Part shown: piece by piece, positions 9,646 through 20,077 of the stretch
Layout: each line of letters starts with the position of its first letter
How positions within the stretch are numbered: position 1 is the stretch's first letter
From: a virus
Lineage: Duplodnaviria; Caudoviricetes
IMG/VR virus record: IMGVR_UViG_3300037439_000020
Coordinates: 1 to 52,389 of that record
Length of the DNA stretch: 52,389 bases
Reading direction: 5' to 3' (one strand)
Made by a program: the position numbers and the translations under genes
Notes under the pieces: model-generated
Databases searched by the model: none
What the model saw: only the letters and a program-made list of their open reading frames with translations
Told to the model about the DNA's origin: nothing

Positions 9646-10463
9646 TAGATGAATACCGGTGTATCAAATGGATTTCGCGGTTTAAAATTTTGAAAGCCGC
9701 CATGATTAAGTTGATTGTCGAATATCATTCCACACGATTCATAATCATGCGGACAACCACGAAGCACGGCTACTGTAGTTCCTGGCTGCAACTCCGGCAA
9801 ACCATAAGTCATATCAGCATGATCCCCGTCATGATTCCATAAACCACGTTTATTAATTTGATTTACAGGAAATTCCCACAATAAAACGCCGCCGCTTGCC
9901 CAATTGCTACCGAGCGCGGCAAGGTCTGCTGAAGTAATGCGGCGTCCGTTAATTGCGTCAACTGTTATTAGTTCTGTATGCAATTCGGGATCGGCTTTGC
10001 ATTCGTTGCCATATAATCGATGTCCGCACACCTGTTGCACCTTGCGACGTAAACCGGAGCGCTGCAAGCTTCTCATATGATGTTCACAACGCAACTTACT
10101 AGCCGTAATACTTGGCCAACTTACATTCAACACACGTCCTAACCATTGATCACGAGCATCACCTTCACCAACCTGCAAACGTCTAATTCGAACCGTCACA
10201 ACTTCATCTGGTGGATAAGGATCGAACATAGCTGCAATAGTAAAATCTGACCGAGCCGTGATATCAACAAAACCGGAGTCGATACGGCCATTGTCTTCAA
10301 TCGCAGAGCGCTTTAAACCAGCATGCGTAGTCCAAATGTGGCCTTCGTACGAAATGTCACGATCACCACTATTATACCGATATAAGCGTTCGAATACGGC
10401 GAATTCGAATAGCTCTATAGGTTCGCTAGATTCAACACTAGCTTCGGCAGTTTCCCAAGTCAT
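9645..10463 (-). CDS. tail assembly protein (BR0599/DUF2163-like)
   Basis: PIELFEF N-terminus, CGHRLYGNEC and GCPHDYESC...NHGGF Cys motifs. Confidence 0.8.
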   Translation of the reverse strand: MTWETAEASVESSEPIELFEFAVFERLYRYNSGDRDISYEGHIWTTHAGLKRSAIEDNGRIDSGFVDITARSDFTIAAMFDPYPPDEVVTVRIRRLQVGEGDARDQWLGRVLNVSWPSITASKLRCEHHMRSLQRSGLRRKVQQVCGHRLYGNECKADPELHTELITVDAINGRRITSADLAALGSNWASGGVLLWEFPVNQINKRGLWNHDGDHADMTYGLPELQPGTTVAVLRGCPHDYESCGMIFDNQLNHGGFQNFKPRNPFDTPVFI

Positions 10464-12136
10464 TCAAATACACTCACAAGATTGACGGAAACAATTGCTT
10501 TACCGGTAATTGGATGACCTATGTTAGCTTTGTCACCATCAATTCGCATTAACATTAAAAAATCGATCTTATAAACTTGATTAACGAAAATAACTGAATC
10601 AGAAACAGCAGCGTTCAGCGATAAAACCTCATCTTGACCGTCCGCATTGCTGTCGATAATTCGTCTGAAAAACTGACTACCGTCCTTCAAGCTAATTCGA
10701 ATATCGGCCAATGGACGACGTTGGCGAATAAACGTCGAATAGCTAACATTCGCTATTCTAAGCGTTGTAGCGCCAGCAGCTATATCCTGTAATAGCATCA
10801 AGTCATGCATTCCACTCGGAACCCAAAATGATTTTTGACCAGTAAGGTAATGGAGCAATCGACGAATACGCCAAATATCTACCATAGTGTTCAAACTCCA
10901 AACTTTACTTGTTCTAATTTTGCTACGATCAGTCTGTGAAGTCTGATAAATCGAACCGCTTTTTGTATCGATCAACGAAATTGCTCTTGACAGATCATAA
11001 GGCTTAAGATTGCTTCCACCCATGAAATTAACATCAGTCAATACAACTCGACTGTCATAGAACGTTGCACCGGTTGTATCAGCAAGGTTGACATTAGTTA
11101 GGCTCAAAAACGTTGCCATTGTTCTGGTTGCGTTGACAGGGTACTTAGAACGCGCAATGCTATTAGATGCATAACAGTCGCGAATAGGCATAATCAACGA
11201 ACGTTCAAAATTCTGCGAAACTGGCGACTGAACTTCAATAGCATTCGTATTCACTTCTGTTATAGCTTGCGCTTCAAAGTTGTTTCTATCTTGATATATA
11301 AACAGCAAACCACCAACGCGAAAATCTCCATAAGCTGTATTCACTGGAACAATAAAGCTACCTTCCTCCACAGTAGATGACGCATAGCGTGCTTCAAACC
11401 ATACTGGAACGCCAAACACGCGCGGCTGCCAATCAAACAACAAGCTTTGCATATCAGCACTTGCAATATCATCGCTAAGAATTTCATATGTTAAACGTTG
11501 ACGCGGATTGCGAAGCCGAGCGCGACGTTCACTTTCATCATCACTAATGTCAACAACCGTTGAAAACTCCAAATTTTCGTCAATATCACTTTGTGGGATA
11601 TATGGAAACAATACTAAACGAGAACCGAAAACATGCAATTCAATTGTTATAAAAGTAAAATCAAATTCATAGGTAACATCGACATTTGGCGGACCTGATG
11701 CCGGAATAGACAATTCAAAAAACAACTGTTCAAATGGAGCAAATAGAATCGGTGTATCATCTTCACCGGGTTCTAAGTTAAGGTCTTCAGTACCTATTAT
11801 CTGTTCAATAGTTTCAAGCGTAGTTGGCTCAAAAAACGCATTGAAAACCCAAAAGCTAACTTGCTGATCACCTAAAACATTCCCAAGATTAAGTTCAGGA
11901 TATTGAAAATGAATTTTATTGTAGAAATGCAAAAAGCCATACAGCTCCACTGCATAGCCAACATGGGTCACCGGATTTTCATTAACCGGTTGTGTTGATG
12001 TTTGTATTCCAAACATAGGCAACGTTAATAAGTATGCACTTCGTTGCGGTACAAGGTCTTTTGATTCAAAATCGTCTAAGCCAAACGATGACGTTAGCAA
12101 GACGCTAGGAACCGCATTACCTGGAAACGTTGCCAT
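10460..12136 (-). CDS. virion structural (distal tail) protein
   Basis: Position downstream of the tape measure gene; E.R..LR.PR and FWVP patterns. Confidence 0.7.
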   Translation of the reverse strand: MATFPGNAVPSVLLTSSFGLDDFESKDLVPQRSAYLLTLPMFGIQTSTQPVNENPVTHVGYAVELYGFLHFYNKIHFQYPELNLGNVLGDQQVSFWVFNAFFEPTTLETIEQIIGTEDLNLEPGEDDTPILFAPFEQLFFELSIPASGPPNVDVTYEFDFTFITIELHVFGSRLVLFPYIPQSDIDENLEFSTVVDISDDESERRARLRNPRQRLTYEILSDDIASADMQSLLFDWQPRVFGVPVWFEARYASSTVEEGSFIVPVNTAYGDFRVGGLLFIYQDRNNFEAQAITEVNTNAIEVQSPVSQNFERSLIMPIRDCYASNSIARSKYPVNATRTMATFLSLTNVNLADTTGATFYDSRVVLTDVNFMGGSNLKPYDLSRAISLIDTKSGSIYQTSQTDRSKIRTSKVWSLNTMVDIWRIRRLLHYLTGQKSFWVPSGMHDLMLLQDIAAGATTLRIANVSYSTFIRQRRPLADIRISLKDGSQFFRRIIDSNADGQDEVLSLNAAVSDSVIFVNQVYKIDFLMLMRIDGDKANIGHPITGKAIVSVNLVSVFE

Positions 12137-12139
12137 GAC

Positions 12140-13036
12140 TTATGCTATTTGCCTTGACGCATATCCATACCAACCACTTGACGGCGTCGTTGAACCAATG
12201 CTTCCGTTGTTGTCGGTCCGAAGCGTATTAGGCCACATTCGCCAATCGTCGCCACCAATGTTGTCAAGGAAGCCAACCGGGTATAGTTCCATATTGACGC
12301 CGCGCAGATTCGGCACATATCCCACAATTGACCGTAAGCCTGACGGTCGAATTTGAAATATCAGCAACGGTTGCAAAATCGTTCGAAGACTGAACCGAGC
12401 ATGGCCGACTTGAAGCGAGTTATAGCCTAAGCCGCCGTTTCGGTAGTTGCCATGAAAGCCAGTAACGACTGACGAACCAGAATCAACGCCTGTTGACCAT
12501 GAATTAACGCGACCGTCAGTGTCACAAGATAAATGATGATTACTAATGCCGTTGGTGTCGGCTAAATATGCGTGTTGACTGGCTTCTTTACTATCAATAT
12601 AAGGAGTACTTAATAGATGATACGTTGCCGCTATATAGGTTCCACCGGTCCAAGCGCCAATTTTCACAAGCCGACACATTAGCAAATGACGGTAAATACC
12701 TGAACTAATTTCGATAGATGCATACAAACGTTCAGCGCCGCTTTCGGCGTCAGAATAAAAATGATAAGCCGGATATGGTCCAGCACCGACGTTACAACTA
12801 AAGCTAACGCCGGGGTTATTCGGTTGAGCGTTCCACGCAACCGCGCCGCTAGCACTCAAACCCCCGCACAATTGAATCGTTGTCGCGTCGGCCAAAATAC
12901 CGCAAACAATATCACTTTTAGATAGGACGCTTCCTACCGTTGCCGGTGTTACCGTCCAGCCATTTGCAGCGGCAAACGTTAGCAACTTGCTAACCAAATC
13001 AGACGGACCCGATGATGTTCCCGTTTCGTATGCCAT
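12140..13036 (-). CDS. virion structural protein
   Basis: MAYETGT...FAAANGW N-terminus; tail module position. Confidence 0.7.
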   Translation of the reverse strand: MAYETGTSSGPSDLVSKLLTFAAANGWTVTPATVGSVLSKSDIVCGILADATTIQLCGGLSASGAVAWNAQPNNPGVSFSCNVGAGPYPAYHFYSDAESGAERLYASIEISSGIYRHLLMCRLVKIGAWTGGTYIAATYHLLSTPYIDSKEASQHAYLADTNGISNHHLSCDTDGRVNSWSTGVDSGSSVVTGFHGNYRNGGLGYNSLQVGHARFSLRTILQPLLIFQIRPSGLRSIVGYVPNLRGVNMELYPVGFLDNIGGDDWRMWPNTLRTDNNGSIGSTTPSSGWYGYASRQIA

Positions 13037-13039
13037 AAT

Positions 13040-13951
13040 TTAGTCCAGCGAAACGCCGCAATAATTCCAACGATTAGTTTTAGCGCCATCTTGAATCATC
13101 AAATGGTCAATGCTGTCAATTTGAATGATGTCTTCCGACGCTGCCGAAAATCCAGGAATAGCGTAAGCGCCGTCAAGTTCACCTAGCAAATCATTCGTCG
13201 GCGAGTCAGCGAGTAATTCCAACGCAAAACGTGGATAGCTGCCGTCAAGGTTGTTTCGCATTTCACGCCAACGAGTAACGTCAACACTATTAAAAACGTT
13301 GCCGTTATATGGCCAAACGTAACAACCACTGGTTGACATTGTACTTTCACTGCTACTTTGACTAAAATTGCCGCCACTTTGCCAATTGCCGCTTGGTTGT
13401 AATATTTGAACGGTTGGGCCAGGATCAAAAAAACTTCTAATTCGATTATCGCTACTAGCAAGTGACCAACGATTATTGGCATCAGTCACCATGCCTAAAT
13501 AATAGGGTTGTGGATAGTCGCTAGGCGCGGAGCGCGGCAAAAACTTTCCCAAGTAACTAGAAAAGTATGATGTTGAAATTTTGGTAATAATAATGATGCG
13601 CTGACCGTTCGCTTTGAACCAATACGGTATAGCACTATCCCATACAGGCTGATAACGAACTAGTGACGTTCCAGGTTGACCCAAGTCACCAAATGTCGGT
13701 TCGTACATTTTATACATCCAACCCGTTAACGCATAAGCGTCATTCGGATTATCAGCAACATACCCGAAACCAAAATGAATTTCTTCCGTACCTGACAGGC
13801 CAGGAGCACGGAGCAAGACGCGATTGTTGACGCCGTCATAACGCAATTCGGTCCACCCTGCTCCACCACCGCCCGTCGAAGTCGTTAGAAACGTTCGAAG
13901 AAGCGCAAACAAATTAGCATGATCGGTTGCGGTGCCAGTTGCCATTACCAT
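13040..13951 (-). CDS. virion structural protein
   Basis: GTATDH N-terminus, YLGKFLP and LGELDG patterns; first gene after the tape measure. Confidence 0.7.
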   Translation of the reverse strand: MVMATGTATDHANLFALLRTFLTTSTGGGGAGWTELRYDGVNNRVLLRAPGLSGTEEIHFGFGYVADNPNDAYALTGWMYKMYEPTFGDLGQPGTSLVRYQPVWDSAIPYWFKANGQRIIIITKISTSYFSSYLGKFLPRSAPSDYPQPYYLGMVTDANNRWSLASSDNRIRSFFDPGPTVQILQPSGNWQSGGNFSQSSSESTMSTSGCYVWPYNGNVFNSVDVTRWREMRNNLDGSYPRFALELLADSPTNDLLGELDGAYAIPGFSAASEDIIQIDSIDHLMIQDGAKTNRWNYCGVSLD

Positions 13952-13954
13952 TTC

Positions 13955-16000
13955 TTAAACTCCCAACGCCGCGCGGAATTCATCGGGATATGTACTCAAT
14001 TGCTGAATGATTGCTTCTTTACCACGCCGTGACGCTATTGCATTTGGTATTTCGCTTTCACTTCGAACAAATACCATCGTAGGCGCGGCTTGTGACTGAC
14101 TGCCGTCAACTTTCGATTGATCCATAATTCGACCAGCTCTATTAGGAACGAAAACTTCCGGCCGACGTTTTTGATACGCTCGCTCATTAATCGTATAAGG
14201 CACACCTTTTTGCACCGAGCCGCCTTCAGCTTTTGGTGTAAAACCTAACGCACCAGCAGCAGCTGACATCCAACCACCTTGGCTATTCATTGCACCAAGA
14301 ATAGATTGCAATGCTTTGGCCGCTAATGCTTCAGCAAGCATTCGTCTAATGACATCTAAAAAGCCTTTAAGCATGCCATCTAAACCTTCGCTAAACGGAT
14401 CAAATAGAAAGTCAGCAAATGCGCCTTGAATATTTTTAGCAGCTTCTTTTGCGTATTCGTTACTTTGATCTTTAATTTGACCCATTACAAACTGAATATG
14501 ATTCCATGAGTCAGTTGCGGCCTGTTCGATGTCCTTTAAAGCTTCTTTGTTGACTTTGTCAAATGTTTCCAAAGCGCTGAAGTCAGATTGAGATTCAAGC
14601 AAGGCATTAGGTGACTGTTGCCATACCATAGAATTCGCTTTAATTTCAGCAGCGATTTCATCAAAGCTTTGTTCGCGCTTCTTCTTCGACATATCGCCGC
14701 CGGCAAGTGCAGCTTGCGCGGCTTCTGCGTCCCTGGCTCCTTTGTCCCAAAGTTCAACCAACGATTCAATGCGTCGCGACATATCACTAATAAGTTCGTC
14801 AGTTGTCTTCGCGGAACCTTCGATTAAATTGCGGTCGAAGTCAGCCATTGTTTCAGTTGCTATTTGACCGGCGCGCTTGAAGTCGCCAGAAAACAAAGCA
14901 ACAATAGTTGCAGCAAAGCCGCCAAGTAACTGACCAATGCTCTTGAACGTTGTAACAAAGATGCCTTTCAGCAAAGTAACAAACGCTTCAATTGCACCAT
15001 AAGCGATAATCACAGCGCTAGCGATTATCTGCATTCCTGAACTGACTTCGTCCATAGGTTGCAACGAACCCGTCAACGCCTGTCCAAACTGCATCACTAC
15101 TTTCGCCGCATCAATAACAAACTCAGCAAACGTTTTACCGGCTCCGCTCGCTTCATTCAACTTGCCAACTGTATCAACAATAGAATTACGCAAGACAGTA
15201 AACGCCGCGCCTATTGTGGGAGTGATCTTTTCAAATTCTTCTGCAACACCTGATGAAGATTTCTGCAACGCTTCTATGACTTTTTCAGCCGTCAATTCGC
15301 CAGCTTCGCTCAATTCACGAAGCTTGCCAATTGGCACACCTAAACCTTCGGATATTGCTCGCGACAGTCGCGGCATATTCTCCATTACTGAACGCAATTC
15401 ATCGCCACGTAATGTACCTGATGCCAAAGCTTGCGCAAACTGAATAACACCGGCCGAAGCTTCTTGCGCCGTTCCACCGCTAATTTGGATTGCTTTATTG
15501 ACCGTTCTTGTAATGCCTAAAACTTCTTTTTGTGACAAACCAAGATCGTCAGCATTTCGAGCAATACGAGCATATAAAAGCGCTGTTCCCTCTAACGGAC
15601 TTCGTGTTTCTTGCGCCAGCGTAAATAATTCAGCTTGAACAACGCGCAAGTTTTCGCTACCTGTCGTTACAAGCCGCAATTGATTTTGAATCTTGGAATA
15701 TTCATCAACCAAACCCGCAACAGCTTGCGCATAGCGCGTTACGTCACGTGCCAACGTTGTAAACGCCGCACCACCAAGTAAACCTTTAAACGCCTTACCA
15801 AACGAGGTAGCGCGTTTGGCAGTATTATCAAGACTTGTACTAACACCACCAAGCGCTGATTTCGCAGTTTGATTAATAGAGTTAAAGCCTCCTTGCGCAC
15901 CCATTGAGGCACGATGAATCCGATTTAAATCGGCTTCAACCTTTGCCGCGCCAGTTGCCGTTGCCGGGTCTATGGTTACTCGTATTACGCGTTCCGTCAT
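13955..16000 (-). CDS. tail tape measure protein
   Basis: Ala-rich helical protein with QFAQALASGTLRGDELRSVMENMPRL tape-measure domain; follows the chaperone pair. Confidence 0.9.
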   Translation of the reverse strand: MTERVIRVTIDPATATGAAKVEADLNRIHRASMGAQGGFNSINQTAKSALGGVSTSLDNTAKRATSFGKAFKGLLGGAAFTTLARDVTRYAQAVAGLVDEYSKIQNQLRLVTTGSENLRVVQAELFTLAQETRSPLEGTALLYARIARNADDLGLSQKEVLGITRTVNKAIQISGGTAQEASAGVIQFAQALASGTLRGDELRSVMENMPRLSRAISEGLGVPIGKLRELSEAGELTAEKVIEALQKSSSGVAEEFEKITPTIGAAFTVLRNSIVDTVGKLNEASGAGKTFAEFVIDAAKVVMQFGQALTGSLQPMDEVSSGMQIIASAVIIAYGAIEAFVTLLKGIFVTTFKSIGQLLGGFAATIVALFSGDFKRAGQIATETMADFDRNLIEGSAKTTDELISDMSRRIESLVELWDKGARDAEAAQAALAGGDMSKKKREQSFDEIAAEIKANSMVWQQSPNALLESQSDFSALETFDKVNKEALKDIEQAATDSWNHIQFVMGQIKDQSNEYAKEAAKNIQGAFADFLFDPFSEGLDGMLKGFLDVIRRMLAEALAAKALQSILGAMNSQGGWMSAAAGALGFTPKAEGGSVQKGVPYTINERAYQKRRPEVFVPNRAGRIMDQSKVDGSQSQAAPTMVFVRSESEIPNAIASRRGKEAIIQQLSTYPDEFRAALGV

Positions 16001-16352
16001 TGCTATGTTCCGATTTATCTTCAGACTTCTCGCTTAGAAACTTTCTAAATTCCGAATCCAAAGTGTTAATGATATCACAGAATTCTTCAACTTCTTCAGG
16101 TTCAAGCTTGTAGCGTTCCGCATATTCAATAACCTTGTCATATGGCAACGGCATAACACCATCAAATGATGCCGGGCGAATTGACGACAACTCTTGATAT
16201 GCAATGAGATAAAAATGCAAATCCTCTCGTAAGTCGGGCGAATCGTCTAAAGTTTCTTCAGGAACATCAAAACCAGCTTCAACTGCCGCCCGTGCTAACC
16301 AGTCTTGCTTGTCGCGCTTATCGGTGTCATCTGATTTATACGCGTCAACCAA
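15936..16352 (-). CDS. tail assembly chaperone, -1 frameshift extension (gpT-like)
   Basis: Lacks a good start of its own; in the -1 frame relative to the upstream chaperone and open through the slippery site. Confidence 0.75.
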   Translation of the reverse strand: MVDAYKSDDTDKRDKQDWLARAAVEAGFDVPEETLDDSPDLREDLHFYLIAYQELSSIRPASFDGVMPLPYDKVIEYAERYKLEPEEVEEFCDIINTLDSEFRKFLSEKSEDKSEHSNDGTRNTSNHRPGNGNWRGKG

Positions 16353-16357
16353 GACTG

Positions 16358-16777
16358 CTAAGAGTTTTTTACGGCGGCGTCTGTATCCTCCTTTCGAAAG
16401 TTCGCCAGCAACGCCGAATGTTCGCGAACAATCATAAACAATTCGGGCAAATCAGTAAGCAACGCTTCAGCACGTTCAATACTGTATTCAATCAGTTCGC
16501 CGTTGCGATTATAAACACCTTCCCAACCCTTAACAATATGTTCAGCAAACGGACGTGCTAGTAACTTTGCTAGCTTATCATCATTCAACAATCCGGCGTC
16601 TATTTGTCGCTGATACGGCTTCAAAATCGCTCGAACACGCTGATTATAAACTTGGTTCTTACCACCGGAGCGGGCAACCTTAAACCGTCCATAATCACCA
16701 AAATCCAATACAACACCTTCGCGTTCTAACTTAGCATCGGTTTCCAACGCGTCATAAATCGAAACTTGGTCTGTCAT
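16358..16777 (-). CDS. tail assembly chaperone (gpG-like)
   Basis: Between tail tube and tape measure genes; ATG 16777 has AAGGA upstream; ends GTA AAA AAC TCT TAG. Confidence 0.8.
   Translation of the reverse strand: MTDQVSIYDALETDAKLEREGVVLDFGDYGRFKVARSGGKNQVYNQRVRAILKPYQRQIDAGLLNDDKLAKLLARPFAEHIVKGWEGVYNRNGELIEYSIERAEALLTDLPELFMIVREHSALLANFRKEDTDAAVKNS
16364..16370 (-). promoter_or_regulatory. programmed -1 ribosomal frameshift site A AAA AAC
   Basis: X XXY YYZ heptamer just before the chaperone stop; the -1 frame continues LLAVLVDAYKSDD into 15936..16352. Confidence 0.8.
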
Positions 16778-16794
16778 GATCTGATCCTTTTCAA

Positions 16795-18273
16795 TTAGCG
16801 AGCGTACCAAAACCGCGACACGCTAGCGGTGTAACCTAACGTTGCATGCCGAATAGCCTGATACGACAGATTAATCGTTACGTCTTGATTTTTGCCCGGA
16901 ACGTCCGGCTGACCTTCGCTGAACTTCAAACGCGGCAGGTCGAAAACATATGCATGAAAGTCGTTATCCCTGACGACGCAGTCAAGGCTTGTTTCAGTGT
17001 TGTTAATCACCGCTTCAAGCATTGCCTTATCGCCAAAATACGTTTCAATATCACCAGTAACGCTCAATTCACCTTCGCCGATATCAGCAGCACCAAAGAC
17101 GCCAACCGCCTCTTGACGCCGTAGATTATTCGCCAATTCAAGCGTAAAGTTACGAATGTAATTCGGTCCGGTAATAAGCGCACCGCCGCGCGCAAAGCGC
17201 GCAACGTTTGTTGACGTATTCAAAACTTGGGACGCCGGAGCGGTGTCACGTAGAACCGTGCCGCTATAAATGTTACTGTAGTCGCCCGGTGCGGTCGGGT
17301 TGTACACCGCGCCCGTTGTGCCGAAGAACGTAGCGGTACCGGTCACAATTGCTTGCGGCTCGAACTCCACCGAAAGCGATTCAATAACATTGCCAAGAAT
17401 CAATTGCACCGTTTCTGGATTGTGATCGGTAAAGCGTTCTTCCACCGCAAACGACTGGCGCGTTACGCCATTCGTCAGGAAGTCACTGAAATACAGACCA
17501 ATCGTTTTGGCAGCGCCAACATCGGCGGCAAAGGTAGAGTCAACGAACAACCCTAGCGCGTTCGCGGCAATGCTAGTAACGCGGGCGTATGCGTTCGCCG
17601 CTACAGTGTTGTAGGCTTGCGCGGCAATGTTGCTATTACCAATTTTAATCCATTGACCAACCGCCAAACCAAGCGTCGTAAAATTTAACGCTGTTGAAGT
17701 AAGCCGCGTTCCGCCAGCCGTTACCGCGACAATATCACCTGACGCCGCTTGCCGACCAACGCGGATAATTTTGGCCGTTGTAGGCGGCGACACTTCAGCA
17801 ATTAGACCTGCCGCCGTAATGTTCGTTGCTGAACCGGCCGTAAGAACGAACAAGCCGTTATTGCCAGCGACGGCGAAGCCTTCCAAATAAACAATGTCGT
17901 TGGCAGCAAAAACGCCACCGCCAGCGCCACTAGTATCAATAACCGTCGCGATTCCGGCACCAACTGACGTAATAGACGCACCTTCGCGGAACGGCTGACG
18001 AACGTAGCGGTTAAAGTATGCGCCTTCAATCAAATCGTCTTGCGAACGAAACGACAATTCAAACGCTTCGTCGCCGCCGGCTTCACTACCCACAAGTATC
18101 AAATCCGTCACCTGACGGTCGGGGCGGATTTCGTTGGACGTGATTGTATTCGGCTGCATTCCGAGATTCGGAGCGCCGGTAATACGTTGAGATTTGATTA
18201 TAGGGTTTTCAGGCAGAACACCTAAGACGGCTTCACGAATAAGCGCCAAAGCAACGCGATTAGTACTAGACAT
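16795..18273 (-). CDS. major tail tube protein
   Basis: SNEIRPDRQ, GGDEAFELS and VTGDIETYF patterns; position in tail operon; contains a central insertion. Confidence 0.85.
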   Translation of the reverse strand: MSSTNRVALALIREAVLGVLPENPIIKSQRITGAPNLGMQPNTITSNEIRPDRQVTDLILVGSEAGGDEAFELSFRSQDDLIEGAYFNRYVRQPFREGASITSVGAGIATVIDTSGAGGGVFAANDIVYLEGFAVAGNNGLFVLTAGSATNITAAGLIAEVSPPTTAKIIRVGRQAASGDIVAVTAGGTRLTSTALNFTTLGLAVGQWIKIGNSNIAAQAYNTVAANAYARVTSIAANALGLFVDSTFAADVGAAKTIGLYFSDFLTNGVTRQSFAVEERFTDHNPETVQLILGNVIESLSVEFEPQAIVTGTATFFGTTGAVYNPTAPGDYSNIYSGTVLRDTAPASQVLNTSTNVARFARGGALITGPNYIRNFTLELANNLRRQEAVGVFGAADIGEGELSVTGDIETYFGDKAMLEAVINNTETSLDCVVRDNDFHAYVFDLPRLKFSEGQPDVPGKNQDVTINLSYQAIRHATLGYTASVSRFWYAR

Positions 18274-18290
18274 TTTCGTTTCCTTTGCGC

Positions 18291-18704
18291 TTACGAAGCG
18301 CGAATAGCGTCAAACCAAAATTCACTCGATACGTTCGCTTGCTGCCAAGCATTTGTCGGTCCAACGTAGCGCGGTCCGGCATTACGAAAAACAACCGGCA
18401 ACTGTTTAATAGCTTCGCCAGTTAAAAACGTTATTATGCGTTCTTGCAAGATGCGGTTGCGTTTCGATTGCAAACCTTTTCCGCGCGTCGTGAAGACCTG
18501 AACAAACAAAATGCCTTCGTAACGTTGCAAGGCGTTATCGCCTAGCGAGGCTTGCGAACCACTTTGAATCTGCCAGGAGAAACGGACGAATTCAGACTTG
18601 TTATCAGCCTTAAATTCGTTATCGTCCCAAGCTATCGGGGTTTCGCTATTCCAAAACGTTGTAAATGCATTTGCGACGGCTTCGTAAGCTTCGTCTTGTG
18701 TCAT
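18291..18704 (-). CDS. tail terminator-like protein
   Basis: IAWDD and GILFVQVF patterns; directly upstream of the tail tube gene. Confidence 0.7.
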   Translation of the reverse strand: MTQDEAYEAVANAFTTFWNSETPIAWDDNEFKADNKSEFVRFSWQIQSGSQASLGDNALQRYEGILFVQVFTTRGKGLQSKRNRILQERIITFLTGEAIKQLPVVFRNAGPRYVGPTNAWQQANVSSEFWFDAIRAS

Positions 18705-19150
18705 TTTAGAAGCTTCCTTTCGTTAGTGTTCACGCCGTTAGCCGCTAAGATAGCTTTTTCAACAAAACCAGCTGGCGCTTGACTTGACCAACCATCGTTT
18801 AATCGTTCGATATATGGAACGTTATTTTGAATATAGAACTTTTCATGCTTACCGCTACGATTAACCCATTCCTTAACAGCAGCACGAATCTCCATCAACG
18901 CGACTTGACCGCTAGCGTCAACGCCCGGCAATTCCGATGACGACTTAGAACCTATCGTTGCATGCCAATTGCGCCTCGCGTGACCGGGTACATAAGACGC
19001 AGGGGCTTTGGATTGCCATAGTGAAGGGTTACCGACCGGCGTAGCGTAGACGAGTGCTCCGGCAGTCCTATCCGCAGTATCTTGCAACTCTTGCGCAACC
19101 TCCCGGTCAAGGCTAGCCATGATTTCCGCGACGTTGAATTTTTTACTCAC
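18701..19150 (-). CDS. neck/tail completion protein (HK97 gp10-like)
   Basis: TPVG...GHARRNW...NNVPYIERLNDGWSSQAPAGFV. Confidence 0.8.
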   Translation of the reverse strand: MSKKFNVAEIMASLDREVAQELQDTADRTAGALVYATPVGNPSLWQSKAPASYVPGHARRNWHATIGSKSSSELPGVDASGQVALMEIRAAVKEWVNRSGKHEKFYIQNNVPYIERLNDGWSSQAPAGFVEKAILAANGVNTNERKLLK

Positions 19151-19524
19151 GGTGTCACCGCTATCGGTGCGCCAGCCGCCAGTTCAAGACGCCAAACAAC
19201 TTGTTGCGCTCCCGGTGCAACCAATTCGATTTTAGTAATGTTCCAAACCGCCGCGCCGTCAACAACTTCGTATTCGGTTGTAATATCGTATGCAGCGTCA
19301 GCGGCAATAAATACTTCCCCTGTTCGCTTTTGCGCGCCGTCTTCTTCAACGCGTTCGTCTTTCGTAAACGCTCCCTGCGCCGGAATACCCGCGCCGTCTT
19401 CCTTACCAAGCCAAGGTTTCAGCGCGTCAAGGTCAACGCCAGAAGGCGGCGTAAGCGATATACCGCGACCTTTCTTTTGAATAAGGCGCATCGCTGTCGC
19501 TATGGCTTTATCGTATTCAGCCAC
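19147..19524 (-). CDS. head-tail joining protein
   Basis: Size and position between the adaptor and neck genes. Confidence 0.65.
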   Translation of the reverse strand: MAEYDKAIATAMRLIQKKGRGISLTPPSGVDLDALKPWLGKEDGAGIPAQGAFTKDERVEEDGAQKRTGEVFIAADAAYDITTEYEVVDGAAVWNITKIELVAPGAQQVVWRLELAAGAPIAVTP

Positions 19525-20053
19525 GCGTCACCGAAAAAGTTCCAAAGCGGCCAGAATCACACAAAAAAGAAGCCAGCAAACGTTCCGCCACCGGCACCTT
19601 TCGCACCGTTGCAAGGTTAGCTGGTCTTCCGTAAGTAACCTCTTCTTCAATCGGTCCAACTTTCGACCGCTCCGATGTTACATAGCGATTCAATTCATCA
19701 AAGCCATAAGCGGCTTCAATTCCGCCCTTCAATTGCGCTAAAGCATATTCCGCCGTTGCTCGCTTCAATGCTTCAGGCAAACCGTCCAAACCACTATAGC
19801 CGGTTGGGTTGCGCGGAAACGCCGTAGCTTGAATCTCATTCAAAGGAGCGCTGACGATACATGGTTTAGCATCAACGTAATCAGTTGCAACAACAACAGC
19901 GCCTTGAATTTGTCCATCGGTATAAGGCGCGGTTGTTGCGGGGTCAACAATACTGTTGCCGCGATCAGAATGATATTCTTTGAAGTATTCGACGCTAATA
20001 TAGGCATTCGCGCCAACCACGTCACCTAAATCATTCTGAACTAGAAACGGCAT
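19517..20053 (-). CDS. head-tail adaptor protein
   Basis: GANAYISV, ATDYVD, FPR and KVGPIEEE patterns; position after the capsid genes. Confidence 0.75.
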   Translation of the reverse strand: MPFLVQNDLGDVVGANAYISVEYFKEYHSDRGNSIVDPATTAPYTDGQIQGAVVVATDYVDAKPCIVSAPLNEIQATAFPRNPTGYSGLDGLPEALKRATAEYALAQLKGGIEAAYGFDELNRYVTSERSKVGPIEEEVTYGRPANLATVRKVPVAERLLASFLCDSGRFGTFSVTRG

Positions 20054-20077
20054 TGTAACCCCGCAACAAAAGTCAGA

